In this document: positions 37,590 to 47,498 of the stretch, one piece after another
Layout: every line of letters starts with the position of its first letter
How positions within the stretch are numbered: the first letter of the stretch is position 1
Assembly (NCBI GenBank): GCA_965205505.1
Contig: CBDBHB010000009.1
Location: forward strand, 736,001 to 800,000
DNA from: Acidobacteriota bacterium
GTDB taxonomy: Bacteria > Acidobacteriota > UBA890 > WLXD01
DNA length: 64,000 nt
Direction: 5' to 3'
Made by a program: the position numbers and the translations under genes
Notes under the pieces: generated by a model
Seen by the model: only the letters and a program-made list of their open reading frames with translations
Told to the model about the DNA's origin: nothing
Databases searched by the model: none

Positions 37590-40306
37590 CTACTGCTGCC
37601 TGAGGGAGACCACGGGATCGACCTCGGCCGCTCGCCGTGCCGGCAACAGGTTGGCCATCACCGTGACCACCAGGAAGAGAGCCAGCACTCCGGCCAGCAC
37701 CGTCAGATCCACGGGTGCGACCTCGAACAGTAGGCTCGACAGCAGGCCGCCGGTCGCCATTGATCCCACGCCACCGATGACCAGCCCGGCCAGCGCCGGC
37801 GCCATGCCGGAGCGCAGCGCCGAAAGGACGACGTCGCTGCGGGTAGCACCTAGGGCGAGGCGCACGCCGAACTCGTGGGTGCGCTGGCTGACGATGTAGG
37901 TCATTACGCCGAACACGCCGATAGCTCCCAGCGCCAGCGCTAGCAGCGCGAACACGGAGAACAGCAGCGTCGTGGAGCGGGGGGTGGCCATCGAGCGGTC
38001 GAGCGGTCGAGCACCTGCTGCATCGTCGTTTCACCAGAGACTACAGCGTTCGGGTCGACCGACCAGATCGCCTCGCGCACGGCGGCAGCGACGTCGACCT
38101 CGCCGGCGAAGCGCACCGCGACGTGCATGGTGCTGAGCCACGATTCCTGGTCGTACGGAACGTACGCCTCGGGACCTGTCTCGGCGGACAAAGCGGTCTG
38201 GTGGAAGTCGCCGCCGACCCCGATCACGGTGAACCATGGGTCACCAGTTGACCAACTGACCTGCTCGCCGACGGCGCTTCCGTCCGGCCACAGCCGGCGT
38301 GCCAGCGCCCCGTTGATCAGCCCCGCCGGGGCGCCGCCCAAGCGATCCTCCGGACCGAGATCTCTGCCTTCCAGCAACGGAATCTGGAACGTGTCGACAT
38401 AGCCCAGTGTCACCGCTCGGTAGCTGATGAACTCGCGCTCGATGCCCGACGGCACCGGCAGGCCGTCTGGCGAGATGGCCACCCCCATCACGCCTTGGCT
38501 CAACGGCAACACGTTGACCAACCCCACCGAGACAACGCCCGGCAGGGCAGTGACGCGCTCCTCGACCTGTCGGTAGTACAGTCGGCGCTGTTCTTCGTCC
38601 GGGTAGGCTCCTGCCGGCGGGGCGATGTGCATGGTGGTTACGCTGCCGACGTTGAATCCGGGGTCGACCTGCTGAAGCAACCACAGGCTCTTGACCAGCA
38701 ATCCGGCGGCGACGACCAGGATTACCGAGATTGCCACCTCGGCGGCCACGAGCCCGTTGTTGAGGCGGAATCGATGCCGTCCCGCCGTGATCCCACGGCC
38801 ACGCTCTCGTAGGGCCGGCCGGTCAGCGCGGGTCACCCGGAATGCCGGTACCAGCCCGAACACCAGACCGGCGACGAGCGATATCCCCAGGGCGAACGTC
38901 AGCACCGTGGCGTCGATGCTGACCTCGTCGGTGCGCGGTATGTTGGCAGGTAGCAGACCCAGCAAGAACGACATGCTGCCCTGTGCGGCCGCCAGCCCGA
39001 CCAGGCCGCCGGTCACACCGAGCACGGCGTTTTCCGTCAGCAATTGACGAATGATGCGCCACCTGCTGGCGCCGATGGCGGCGCGAACAGCAACCTCTTG
39101 CTGGCGCACGCCGGATCGCGCCAGCAGCAGGTTGGCGACGTTGGTGCAGGCGACCAGCAACACCGCCCCCACCGCTGCGAGCAGAATCCAAAGGGTCCCG
39201 CGCACGCCGCCGACTCGAGACTCGTGGTAGGTGACCACTTGGGCGATCTCCGGCGCGTCGCGGTTGAACACCGGCGTCTCGCCCGCCGCCAGGCGAGCCG
39301 TGACGCCCTGGAGCTCTGCCTGGGCGTTGGTCACCCCGACATCCGACCGCAGGCGGCCGAGCAGCCAGAAGCGGTGCATGTCGTCGTAGTCGTGGGTGCC
39401 GGGCTCGACGATCATCGGAACGAAGATCTCCGAGTGCCAGGGGAACGGCTCGTACGCCGGCGGCATCACCCCGACGACCGTCCGCGAGAGCGCGCCTTCG
39501 CCCTCGACTGCGAGCGAGCGGCCGATCACGTCGGGGTCGGCGCCGAACCGGCGCACCCAGTAGCCGTTGTTGAGGATGGCTACAGGCGAGGCACCGGGCT
39601 CGGAGTCGTTGGGCTGGAAGGTGCGACCCAGAGCCGGCGGCACACCCAGAACATCGAAGTGGCCGGCCCCGACGACGCTGCCGCCGAGCTGCTCCGGCGC
39701 CCCATCGCCGATCGTCGTGAAGGTGCCCGGCGAGCCCGCCGCGATTGCCTCGTAGGAGGCGGTCTCCTGCTGCAGCGCGATCACCTGGCGGGCGGAGAAG
39801 AAGTGCGACGGCCACAAACGCGCGATGCGCGCAGAGTCAGGGAACGGAAGCGGTCGAAGCACCACCGCGTTGACCACACTGAAGATCGCCACGTTGGCCC
39901 CGACCCCGAGCGCCACGGTCAGCACGGCTACCAGCACGAAGCCCGGCGCCATCAGGAAGCCGCGCACGGCGTAGCGGATGTCCTGGAGAAACGACGCGAG
40001 CAGTTCGCGAAGAGACTGGCGGCGGTCCTCTCCGAGTCGGCGCCGCTCGGGGCCGATGCTTGCGAGCAGGTCCTTGGCCAGCTGCCACCACACCCGCATG
40101 GGATAGGTGCCGGGGTGATCGCGCTGCTCTTTGTGCCAGCGGTGCCGAAAGACCTGCAACATTTCCGCCCCGTAGCGCTGCCGGAACTGCGCCGGGTAGA
40201 GACGGAGGGCCAGCCGATAGACGCGGTAGGTCGCACGGTAGGTCCATCCAGATTCGCTCGGCGCATGCTGGCGCGGCGTCGATAGCGGATCGGGTAAGGT
40301 GCTCAT
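37590..40306 (-). pseudogene. ADOP-type duplicated ABC permease (MacB/FtsX-like), frameshifted by an 8-nt duplication at about 37991-38006
   Basis: QDIRYAVR...PGF...LGVGANVAIFSVV, ACTNVANLLLAR, DPGF; the C-terminus (RTHEFGVRLALGA...DPVVSLR) is in another frame. Confidence 0.88.
37991..38012. repeat. Tandem repeat (TCGAGCGG) x 2.75
   Basis: tcgagcgg tcgagcgg tcgagc; removing one unit restores VLDRSMATPRS. Confidence 0.9.
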
Positions 40307-40644
40307 CGGCCGCGCCCCTCGAGAACGTCCTTTTCGCGCGCCACCCGCACCACCTGGGCCCAGCGCTGCGACTCGGCCTCGACGGCATGCCGTCCCGAGG
40401 ACGTGATGCGGTAGTAACGTCGCCGCGGGTCGTCGAGCTCCGGCGCCGGGCGCTCGGCAGTCTCCTCGATCAGGCCAACCCCGACCATCTTCTTGATCGA
40501 TCCGTAGAGGATCCCCGGCCCCAGCTTCAACTCGCCGTCGGAGCGACTCTCCACCTCCTCGACGATGCCCAGCCCGTGTCGGTCGGCGTCGGCCAGGGCC
40601 AGGAGGATGTGGAAGGAGGCGGTGGTGAGCTTCTTGTCGGTCAC
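40303..40644 (-). CDS. PadR family transcriptional regulator
   Basis: FHILLALA...HGLGI...LGPGILY...RRRYYRIT; ATGA overlap with the permease. Confidence 0.93.
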   Translation of the reverse strand: MTDKKLTTASFHILLALADADRHGLGIVEEVESRSDGELKLGPGILYGSIKKMVGVGLIEETAERPAPELDDPRRRYYRITSSGRHAVEAESQRWAQVVRVAREKDVLEGRGR

Positions 40645-40669
40645 GGTCAGATTCTCCTGGCGTCGAAAA

Positions 40670-40701
40670 TATCAAGTTCTGATATATATCAGAAGTCGAT
40701 A
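40670..40701. promoter_or_regulatory. Palindromic operator upstream of padR
   Basis: Perfect 18-bp palindrome TTCTGATATATATCAGAA (40677-40694) extended by TATC/GATA arms; AT-rich patch about 30 bp before the start. Confidence 0.75.
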
Positions 40702-40800
40702 GTTCTGGCTAGGTCGATCCGCGGAGCGCAATTTGAGCGAGGCACTGAGGCCGAGTCGCCGGTGGGCAGGGAACCTGAAGCCGGCGGAAGTGCCGCGTGC

Positions 40801-42208
40801 CTACTGCAGATAACCCAGGGCCTTGAGCTGACGGAGCTCTTCCTGAGTCAGTTGCACGGGGCCGGCAACGTAGCCTGCTTTCTCCCACAGATCTTCGCGG
40901 ATGGCGGTCAGGCGGTTCCACATCTGTCGGCCCTTTAGCGGTCGCTCTGATGCCACGTCGACCAACTCGCCCGGATCTTTCTGAAGGTCGATGAGATGAC
41001 CGTTGGCGAAGATCTTGAAGCGGTCGATGATCAGGGTCGCGTCGTCCCAGTTCGGATTCTCGGAGAACACCTCCCGAGACTCCTGTTCTGAACCTGTCCA
41101 GATCGGCTCGAGGCTGCTGCCCTGCCACACCTCCGGGATCTCTAGGCCGGCCAGGCTCAGCAGGGTCGGGGCAATTATCGATGTTGCGGACCCGCTGATT
41201 GAACTCGCGGCCGACGGGCACGCCGGGCCCGGCGATGATCAACGGCGTGCGGATTACCTCGTCGTAGAGAGTCCCGTGACGTGCCATGTAGCCACGCTCG
41301 CCAAACTCCTCGCCATGATCCGACAGGACGACCACGAGGGTGTTGTCGCTGAGCCCGAGCCTGTCGAGCGAATCCAGGAACCGCCCGATGACATCGTCGA
41401 GATGAGCCAACTCGGCGTCATACAAGGCCACCACGTAGTCCCGATCGTCGTCGGTCAGCTCCTCCGCAGGATACCCTCTCGCGGCCATCTCCCGCATCAA
41501 GTTCTCCGTGATGTCGAGGTCGCGCAGTGGCCCGTCGTAGTACGGCGAGACAAAGCGCCGCTTGTATTTCTCCAGCGGCTTGTACCCGAGGTGTACCTGA
41601 TAGGTGTGCATGAATAGGAAGAACGGCTGGGCCTGTCTGCCGACCCACTCCTGCATCTCCTTGAGCGTCGACTCGAGGTCCCGATCGACGGGACCGGTCT
41701 CCCATTCCCCGTCGCGCCAGGTGTACTCGTCGAATCCCCTGCGGAAGCTGAGACCCAAGAACTGGGAGAACGCGACGGTGGCGTAGCCGTTGTCCTGCAG
41801 TACCTCCGCCAGCAAGGGGATTTTCGGGTCCAGGACCTGGCCCTGCTCGATGACCTGATGAACCGAGGCGTACATCGACGTGAGGATCGAGGTCTGGGAT
41901 GGTCCGGTCCAACCAGCCTGTGCGTAGTTCCGCAGGAAGAGGCTGCCACGCTCCGCTAAAGCATCTATGTACGGCGTGGTATCGAGCTTGTATCCGTAGG
42001 AGCCGAGGTGATCGGCGCGCAGCGTGTCAAGATCCAGAATCACGATGTTCGGCCGCTGGGGCGGCGCGGAGCAGCCGATGGCCACCGAGCCCATGAGGTA
42101 CAGGGCGAGCAGACCGGTGAGGCGTCGGAAGCCGCGCTCGCCGCTCAATCCGGACGAGCTCGGTGGCGGTTGCTGAGGAGCGGGCGCATCGATCAGCCGT
42201 ATCAGCAA
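40801..42208 (-). CDS. Sulfatase family protein; +1 frameshift at about 41175
   Basis: PNIVILDLDTLRADHL, WTGPSQTSILT, LSDHGEEF; removing one base restores VRNIDIAPTLL and joins the tail QLKALGY. Confidence 0.85.
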
Positions 42209-42254
42209 TGGGAACCCTCCAACGACAGGGGTCCAAGCGAGAGCACCGATAATT

Positions 42255-42395
42255 CTACGACACACGAAACACCGATATGTGTTGTTGCCGACGGCTGAGT
42301 ACGCTCGGACCGGAGGTGGAGGTGTCCTCGGCCGGCAGGGCACAGCCGACTGCGAGCGCGGCACAAGCCATCACCAGCAGATGTGAGCTCTTCAA
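42255..42395 (-). pseudogene. Orphan lipoprotein signal stub (MKSSHLLVMACAALAVGC...), 46 aa
   Basis: TTG after GAGGG, lipobox LAVGC, S/T linker, early stop. Confidence 0.45.
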
Positions 42396-42428
42396 GGGTC
42401 CCTCGGTTGATCTCGATGCCGATAGTGC

Positions 42429-43640
42429 TTACGCGTTGCCAGGCGAGCGGGATAGCACGAAATCCGCGTAAGCGCGGGCTGAGCTGCTGTACCACTGGAA
42501 CGCTCCTTCGCGCACGGTGCGCCACGAGTCGTAGATCTTGCGGTATCCGGCATCTGCTGCGGCATTTTCCTCGAACAGCTCGAACGAGCGATCGAAGGCC
42601 GCGTTGAGCACGTCGTCTGAGAACGGTCGAAGCTGTACGCCGGTGGCCAGCAAGCGTTGAAGCGCCGGCGGGGTGAGTGCCTCATAGCTGGCCGTCATGT
42701 GCGCCGCTACGTCGGCGGTGGCGCTCTCGAACATTGCCTGGTACTCCAGCGACAGCCCGTTCCAGCGGTCACGGTTGACGTAGAACGACAGCATTGGTCC
42801 GGGTTCCCACCAGCACGGGTGGTAGTAGTTCTTGGCGATCTCGTGGAAGCCGAGTTGCTCGTCGTCGTAGGGCCCGGCCCATTCGGTGGCGTCGATAGCG
42901 CCGCGCTCCAGCGCCGGGTACACGTCGCCGCCGGCGATCACCTGCACGATCACCCCCATGCGACGCATCACCTCGCCGCCGAGCCCGGGGATCCTCATCT
43001 TCAGCCCCTGCAGATCGTCCAGGCTGTTGACTTCACGCTTGAACCAGCCGCCCATCTGGGAGCCCGTCGACCCGGCCGGGAAGGTGATCGCGTTGAAATC
43101 GGCCAACACCTCGCGCATGAGCTCCAGCCCGCCGCCCCGATACAGCCAACCAAGCTGCTGCGACGCCATGAGACCGAACGGCATGCCGATCTCGAATGCG
43201 AACGCCGGGTTCTTGCCGGTGTAGTAGTAGCTCGCTGTGTGGCCGACCTCGATGGTGCGCTGCTGCACCGCGTCGAGTACTTGTAGTCCGGGAACGATCT
43301 CTCCGGCAGGATAGGGCCGCAGCTGAAACAGGCCGCCCGACAGTTGGTCCAGCCGCTCGGCCAGCCGCTCGTTGATGCCGTAAAGCAGGTCCAGTCCACG
43401 TGGAAAGCTCGACGTCAGTCGCCAGTGCACCCGCTCGCGGGTGTGGACCGCTGGGGCCGCTTGCTCCGAGCGACAGGCGGCCCCGGCTGTGGCGCTGGCC
43501 GCCGTGGCGACGATCGCCTGCCTGACGAAAGTCCTGCGGTCGAGGGGCGCCGTGGCGTTGGATCGACGACCCGAGCGAGATGTTGCTGTCGAGCTCACGC
43601 CGCTATGCGGCGCACGGCACCCTTTCTCGTCGTTGACCAT
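42429..43640 (-). CDS. TRAP substrate-binding protein (TakP-like DctP), Tat signal
   Basis: DRRTFV twin-arginine motif, QMGGWF, LKMRIPG, ALERGAIDATEW, WWEPG. Start approximate. Confidence 0.92.
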   Translation of the reverse strand: MVNDEKGCRAPHSGVSSTATSRSGRRSNATAPLDRRTFVRQAIVATAASATAGAACRSEQAAPAVHTRERVHWRLTSSFPRGLDLLYGINERLAERLDQLSGGLFQLRPYPAGEIVPGLQVLDAVQQRTIEVGHTASYYYTGKNPAFAFEIGMPFGLMASQQLGWLYRGGGLELMREVLADFNAITFPAGSTGSQMGGWFKREVNSLDDLQGLKMRIPGLGGEVMRRMGVIVQVIAGGDVYPALERGAIDATEWAGPYDDEQLGFHEIAKNYYHPCWWEPGPMLSFYVNRDRWNGLSLEYQAMFESATADVAAHMTASYEALTPPALQRLLATGVQLRPFSDDVLNAAFDRSFELFEENAAADAGYRKIYDSWRTVREGAFQWYSSSARAYADFVLSRSPGNA

Positions 43641-43741
43641 GGCGCGCCAGTTTCTCACGCCTTACCCGCAGGCCGCACTTGGCCCTCGGGGGACCCTCGG
43701 CCGAGCTTCCGGGCGGTCGATGCCGATGCTGCGAGTCGAGG

Positions 43742-44047
43742 GCCGGGATCGAGGGCGGCCTGCTGTTTGATTCGTCCGACGGGCAGGGCTTCAACAGCAT
43801 GTTCGCCTGGCGAGGCCCTTACATCACCGATGCCGTCGACCCCGACCCTTGGGGCAACCGCTACATGGCGAACGTGTTTGCTCTTCACGTACCGCAGGGC
43901 TGGGACGCCGACGGGTTCACCAGCGCTGTCGTGTGCTACTCGGCCGGCCCGGACGAGGAGGTCGACACCAGCTTCAGCCAGCCCGGCGGCTGGAGCACTG
44001 GCGATGACGACGTGACGGCGTTGCTCAACGCTGCCGGGAGCCGATAG
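43742..44047 (+). pseudogene. C-terminal remnant of a type II secretion GspG-like pseudopilin
   Basis: WRGPY...DPWGNRY...SAGPD...GDD; no prepilin N-terminal motif upstream. Confidence 0.65.
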
Positions 44048-44779
44048 GTGAGCAGGCGGCGGGCGAGTATCGGTCGGGTGATCATGCCGTGCCTGCTGGC
44101 GGTGAGTATGGTCGGTACGGTCGCCGATTCGGCCGGCGGTATGGAGGAGTATCGGGCGATCGATGGAAGTGGCAACAGCTACCTGAAGCCTGATCGTGGC
44201 GCGGCGGGAACGTACCTGATGCGGCTCGCGGGCCATGCGTATGCCGATCTGATGTCGGAGCCATCGGGTCCCGACCGACCCAGCGCGCGCGAGATCTCCA
44301 ACGAGGTAGCGCAACAGACGAAGCTCGCCTTGAACCACGCTCGCGGCACCGACTACATGTGGTTGTGGGGGCAGTTCCTCGACCACGACATCGATCTGTC
44401 GCCCGAAATGGGCCCCAAAGAGCCATTTCCTATCAAGGTCCCGGTAGGCGACCCGCATTTTGACCCCGCCAGAACCGGCACGCAGGTGATCGGTTTGAAT
44501 CGCAGCATCTACGACACCGGCACAGGCCAAACACGCAACAACCCGCGTCGGCAGACGAACATGATCACGGCGTGGATCGATGCCTCCAACGTCTATGGCT
44601 CCAGTCGCTCCCGCGCTGATGCCCTTCGCCGCCACAATGGGGATGGCCTGCTGAAGACGAGTGCGGGCGATCTATTGCCGTTCAACACCGCCGGCCTCGA
44701 TAACGCCGGTGGGCCCGGCCCGGCACTCTTCCTGGCGGGGGACGTGCGCGCCAACGAGCAGGTGGGGTTGACGGCACTG
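44048..44779 (+). pseudogene. Animal-type heme peroxidase, N-terminal fragment
   Basis: YRAIDGSGN, REISN, WGQFLDHD, IDASNVYGS, AGDVRANE; similarity stops before the expected HxxFxREHN. Confidence 0.85.
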
Positions 44780-44940
44780 CCGCGGTGGTGCTGCCCGGTA
44801 AGTTGCTGGCATCCGACCTCGCCGTGCGCACCGAAGGGCGGCCGCTTCGCAGCGGCGTGTCCTCGGGGCGAAGGTAGCTGGGCCCACGGTATGGCCATCC
44901 CGGCGGAGTACTACCTGGATGAGAAGCACTACTTGAACGC
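44780..44940 (+). pseudogene. Possible N-terminal fragment of a Rieske oxygenase alpha subunit
   Basis: GMAIPAEYYLDEKHY resembles the LPxxxYxD motif preceding Rieske domains; no CxH motif follows. Confidence 0.35.
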
Positions 44941-45030
44941 CGGACCTGAAGTCGGGACGACCCGCAGCGCAAGCCCCAGCAGGGACGCTCCGACGGCGGT
45001 CGGCGCTTGCTTGACTACGACAGGTCGGAT

Positions 45031-45969
45031 CTACGGTGTCGACTTCAGGAACACGCCCTCCTGAAGATCTCGGTACGCTTGGGCGAGCTCGGCACGGGTG
45101 TTCATGACGATCGGGCCGCGCCAGGCGACCGGCTCCTGCAGTGGCTTGCCGGACACGAGCAGGAAACGGAGCCCCTCCTCACCCGATTGCACAACGATCT
45201 CGTCACCGCGGTCGAAAAGCACCAATGAACGGTTGTCGGCGTGGACCACCGGCGTTCCGGTAGCTTCACCCTCGAGCATCGCCTCGCCGTTGTCCACGGC
45301 CACCCATTCGGTCGGAGCCGCCAGCGGATCCGACGCATTGAGAAACTGTCCGTCTCCGGCGAACACGTAGGCGAACGCGTGGCGCTGCGTTTCGACCGGA
45401 ATTCGCTTCTTGGTGTTCGGTGGGATCGATACGTCGATATAGTGCGGATCAGTGGCGATTCCGTCTACCGGACCTGTTGCTCCCCAAACGTTGCCGCAGA
45501 TCACGCGCACCTTGGTGCTGTCGTCGTCGACCACCTCGGGGATATCAGCGGACTTGATGTCCTGATAGCGGGGTGGCGTCATTTTGAGCGCGCGCGGCAG
45601 GTTCGCCCAAAGTTGGAACCCATGCATGCGCCCGTCGGCGTCGCCCTTGGGCATCTCCTGGTGGATGATGCCGCTGCCCGCTGTCATCCATTGGACGTCG
45701 CCCGGCGCAATCGCGCCCGAGTTGCCGAGGCTGTCGCCGTGATCCACGGTGCCCGCCAGCACGTAGGTGATCGTCTCGATGCCGCGGTGTGGGTGCCACG
45801 GGAATCCCGCAAGGTACTCTTCGGGCACATCGTTGCGGAAATCGTCGAGCAGCAGAAACGGGTCGAAGTCGTCGGTCTTGCCAAAGCCGAAGGCGCGTCG
45901 CAAGTGTACGCCGGCGCCCTCGATGTGCGGAGCGGCGCTGACGAGGTTTTTCACGGGCCGTATCGACAT
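45031..45969 (-). CDS. Pirin family protein
   Basis: DPFLLLD, GFPWHPHRGIET, QWMTAGSGIIHQE, GPIVMN. Confidence 0.95.
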   Translation of the reverse strand: MSIRPVKNLVSAAPHIEGAGVHLRRAFGFGKTDDFDPFLLLDDFRNDVPEEYLAGFPWHPHRGIETITYVLAGTVDHGDSLGNSGAIAPGDVQWMTAGSGIIHQEMPKGDADGRMHGFQLWANLPRALKMTPPRYQDIKSADIPEVVDDDSTKVRVICGNVWGATGPVDGIATDPHYIDVSIPPNTKKRIPVETQRHAFAYVFAGDGQFLNASDPLAAPTEWVAVDNGEAMLEGEATGTPVVHADNRSLVLFDRGDEIVVQSGEEGLRFLLVSGKPLQEPVAWRGPIVMNTRAELAQAYRDLQEGVFLKSTP

Positions 45970-46086
45970 GTAGCTTCGTTCCTGGTCTATTGAACGGACC
46001 CGGACAGCATAACGTTAGCTACGTACGTCGCGCCCCTCCATCGGTTGGCTGACGCGGGTGAGCACGACAATGACCAGGAAACCTCA

Positions 46087-47472
46087 ATGCGCGTCCTGCT
46101 GATCTCGACCTACGAGCTTGGTCGACAGCCGTTCGGTCTGGCGTCGCCGGCGGCGTGGATTCGCGCCACTGGTGCCGATGTGGAGTGCCTCGATCTGGCC
46201 TTGCAGGACCTCGACGAGGACGCCGTGCGCCGCTCCGACGCGGTGGGCTTCTATCTTCCAATGCATACCGCCACGCGGATCGCGCTGGCGGCGCTTCCCA
46301 AGCTACGCGATTGGAACCCCATCGCGAGGCTGTTCGCCTGGGGGCTGTACGCACCCGTTTGCGCGGCGGAGCTGCGTAGCCGCGGAGTCAGCTTTCTCGT
46401 AGGCGGCGAGTTCGAGCTCGATCTTCTCGACTTCTTGCAGAACCGTCATGGCGACGATTGCAGCGATGGTGTCAGGATTTCCCACGAGCGCTTGGACTTT
46501 CGGGTGCCAGACCGGACCGGGCTACCGCCCCTGCGGGAGTATGCTCACCTCTGCATGCCCGATGGCACCGAACGGATCGTCGGGGCCACCGAGGCATCAC
46601 GGGGCTGTAAGCACCTGTGCCGTCACTGTCCCGTGGTTCCCGTCTACGGCGGCAAGTTCCGCATCGTGCAGCCCGACGTCGTGCTCGCCGATGTAGCGCA
46701 GCAGGTCGAGGTCGGCGCCCAGCACATCACCTTCGGGGATCCCGACTTTCTCAACGGCCCCAAGCATGCGATGCGCGTCGTGGAGACGCTGCACGAACGG
46801 TTCCCAGATGTGACCTACGACGTCACCGTCAAGATCGAGCACATCCTCGACAACCGGGAATGCCTGCCGACGTTGCGCGACACCGGCTGCGTTCTGGTGA
46901 CGAGTGCGGTCGAGTCGATCGACGACGCCACCCTGTGGATCCTCGACAAAGGCCATACGCGCGACGATTTCGTGCGCGCGGTTGAGCTATGTAGGAACGT
47001 GGCACTGCATCTGCAGCCGACGTTCGTGCCGTTCAATCCCTGGACCAGCCTCGAGGGCTATGCCTCGCTGTTGGAGAGTCTGGTCGAGCTTGGTCTCGTG
47101 GGTCAGGTAACTCCTATCCAGCTGGCGATCCGTTTGCTGATTCCGCGCCGATCGAGGCTCATGGAGCTGCCGGAAGTTGCGTCGGATGTGGGCCCCTACG
47201 ACGAGGCGATACTGGGTTACCCGTGGGCGCACGCCGATCCTCGCGTAGATGCCCTGCAACTTCAGATTGAGCGGTTGGTCGCGCAGGCTGCGGCCGCCGG
47301 TCAGGAGCGCGGCAGCACGTTCGCGCAGGTATGGGAAGCTACGCGTGCGGCCGATCGCACCACGCGCCTTCCGGAGCTCCCGGACGTCCCGGCTCGAGCC
47401 ACGATCCCTTATCTCACCGAGCCGTGGTACTGCTGAGCGGAGCCCACCGCGGAGCAGTTAGCTCCGTACTAG
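46087..47472 (+). CDS. CUAEP-tail radical SAM selenoprotein (UGA 47434-47436 read as Sec)
   Basis: ASRGCKHLCRHC (CxxxCxxC). After YLTEPWYC the frame continues TGA GCG GAG CCC ACC GCG GAG CAG TTA GCT CCG TAC TAG = U-A-E-P-T-A-E-Q-L-A-P-Y-stop. Confidence 0.9.
47449..47467 (+). promoter_or_regulatory. Putative bacterial SECIS hairpin
   Basis: Stem CGGAGC/GCTCCG with loop AGTTA; loop begins 19 nt after the UGA and has G-U near its start. Confidence 0.7.
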
Positions 47473-47498
47473 TGGCACCCAGCTGCCGCAGCTCCGCG

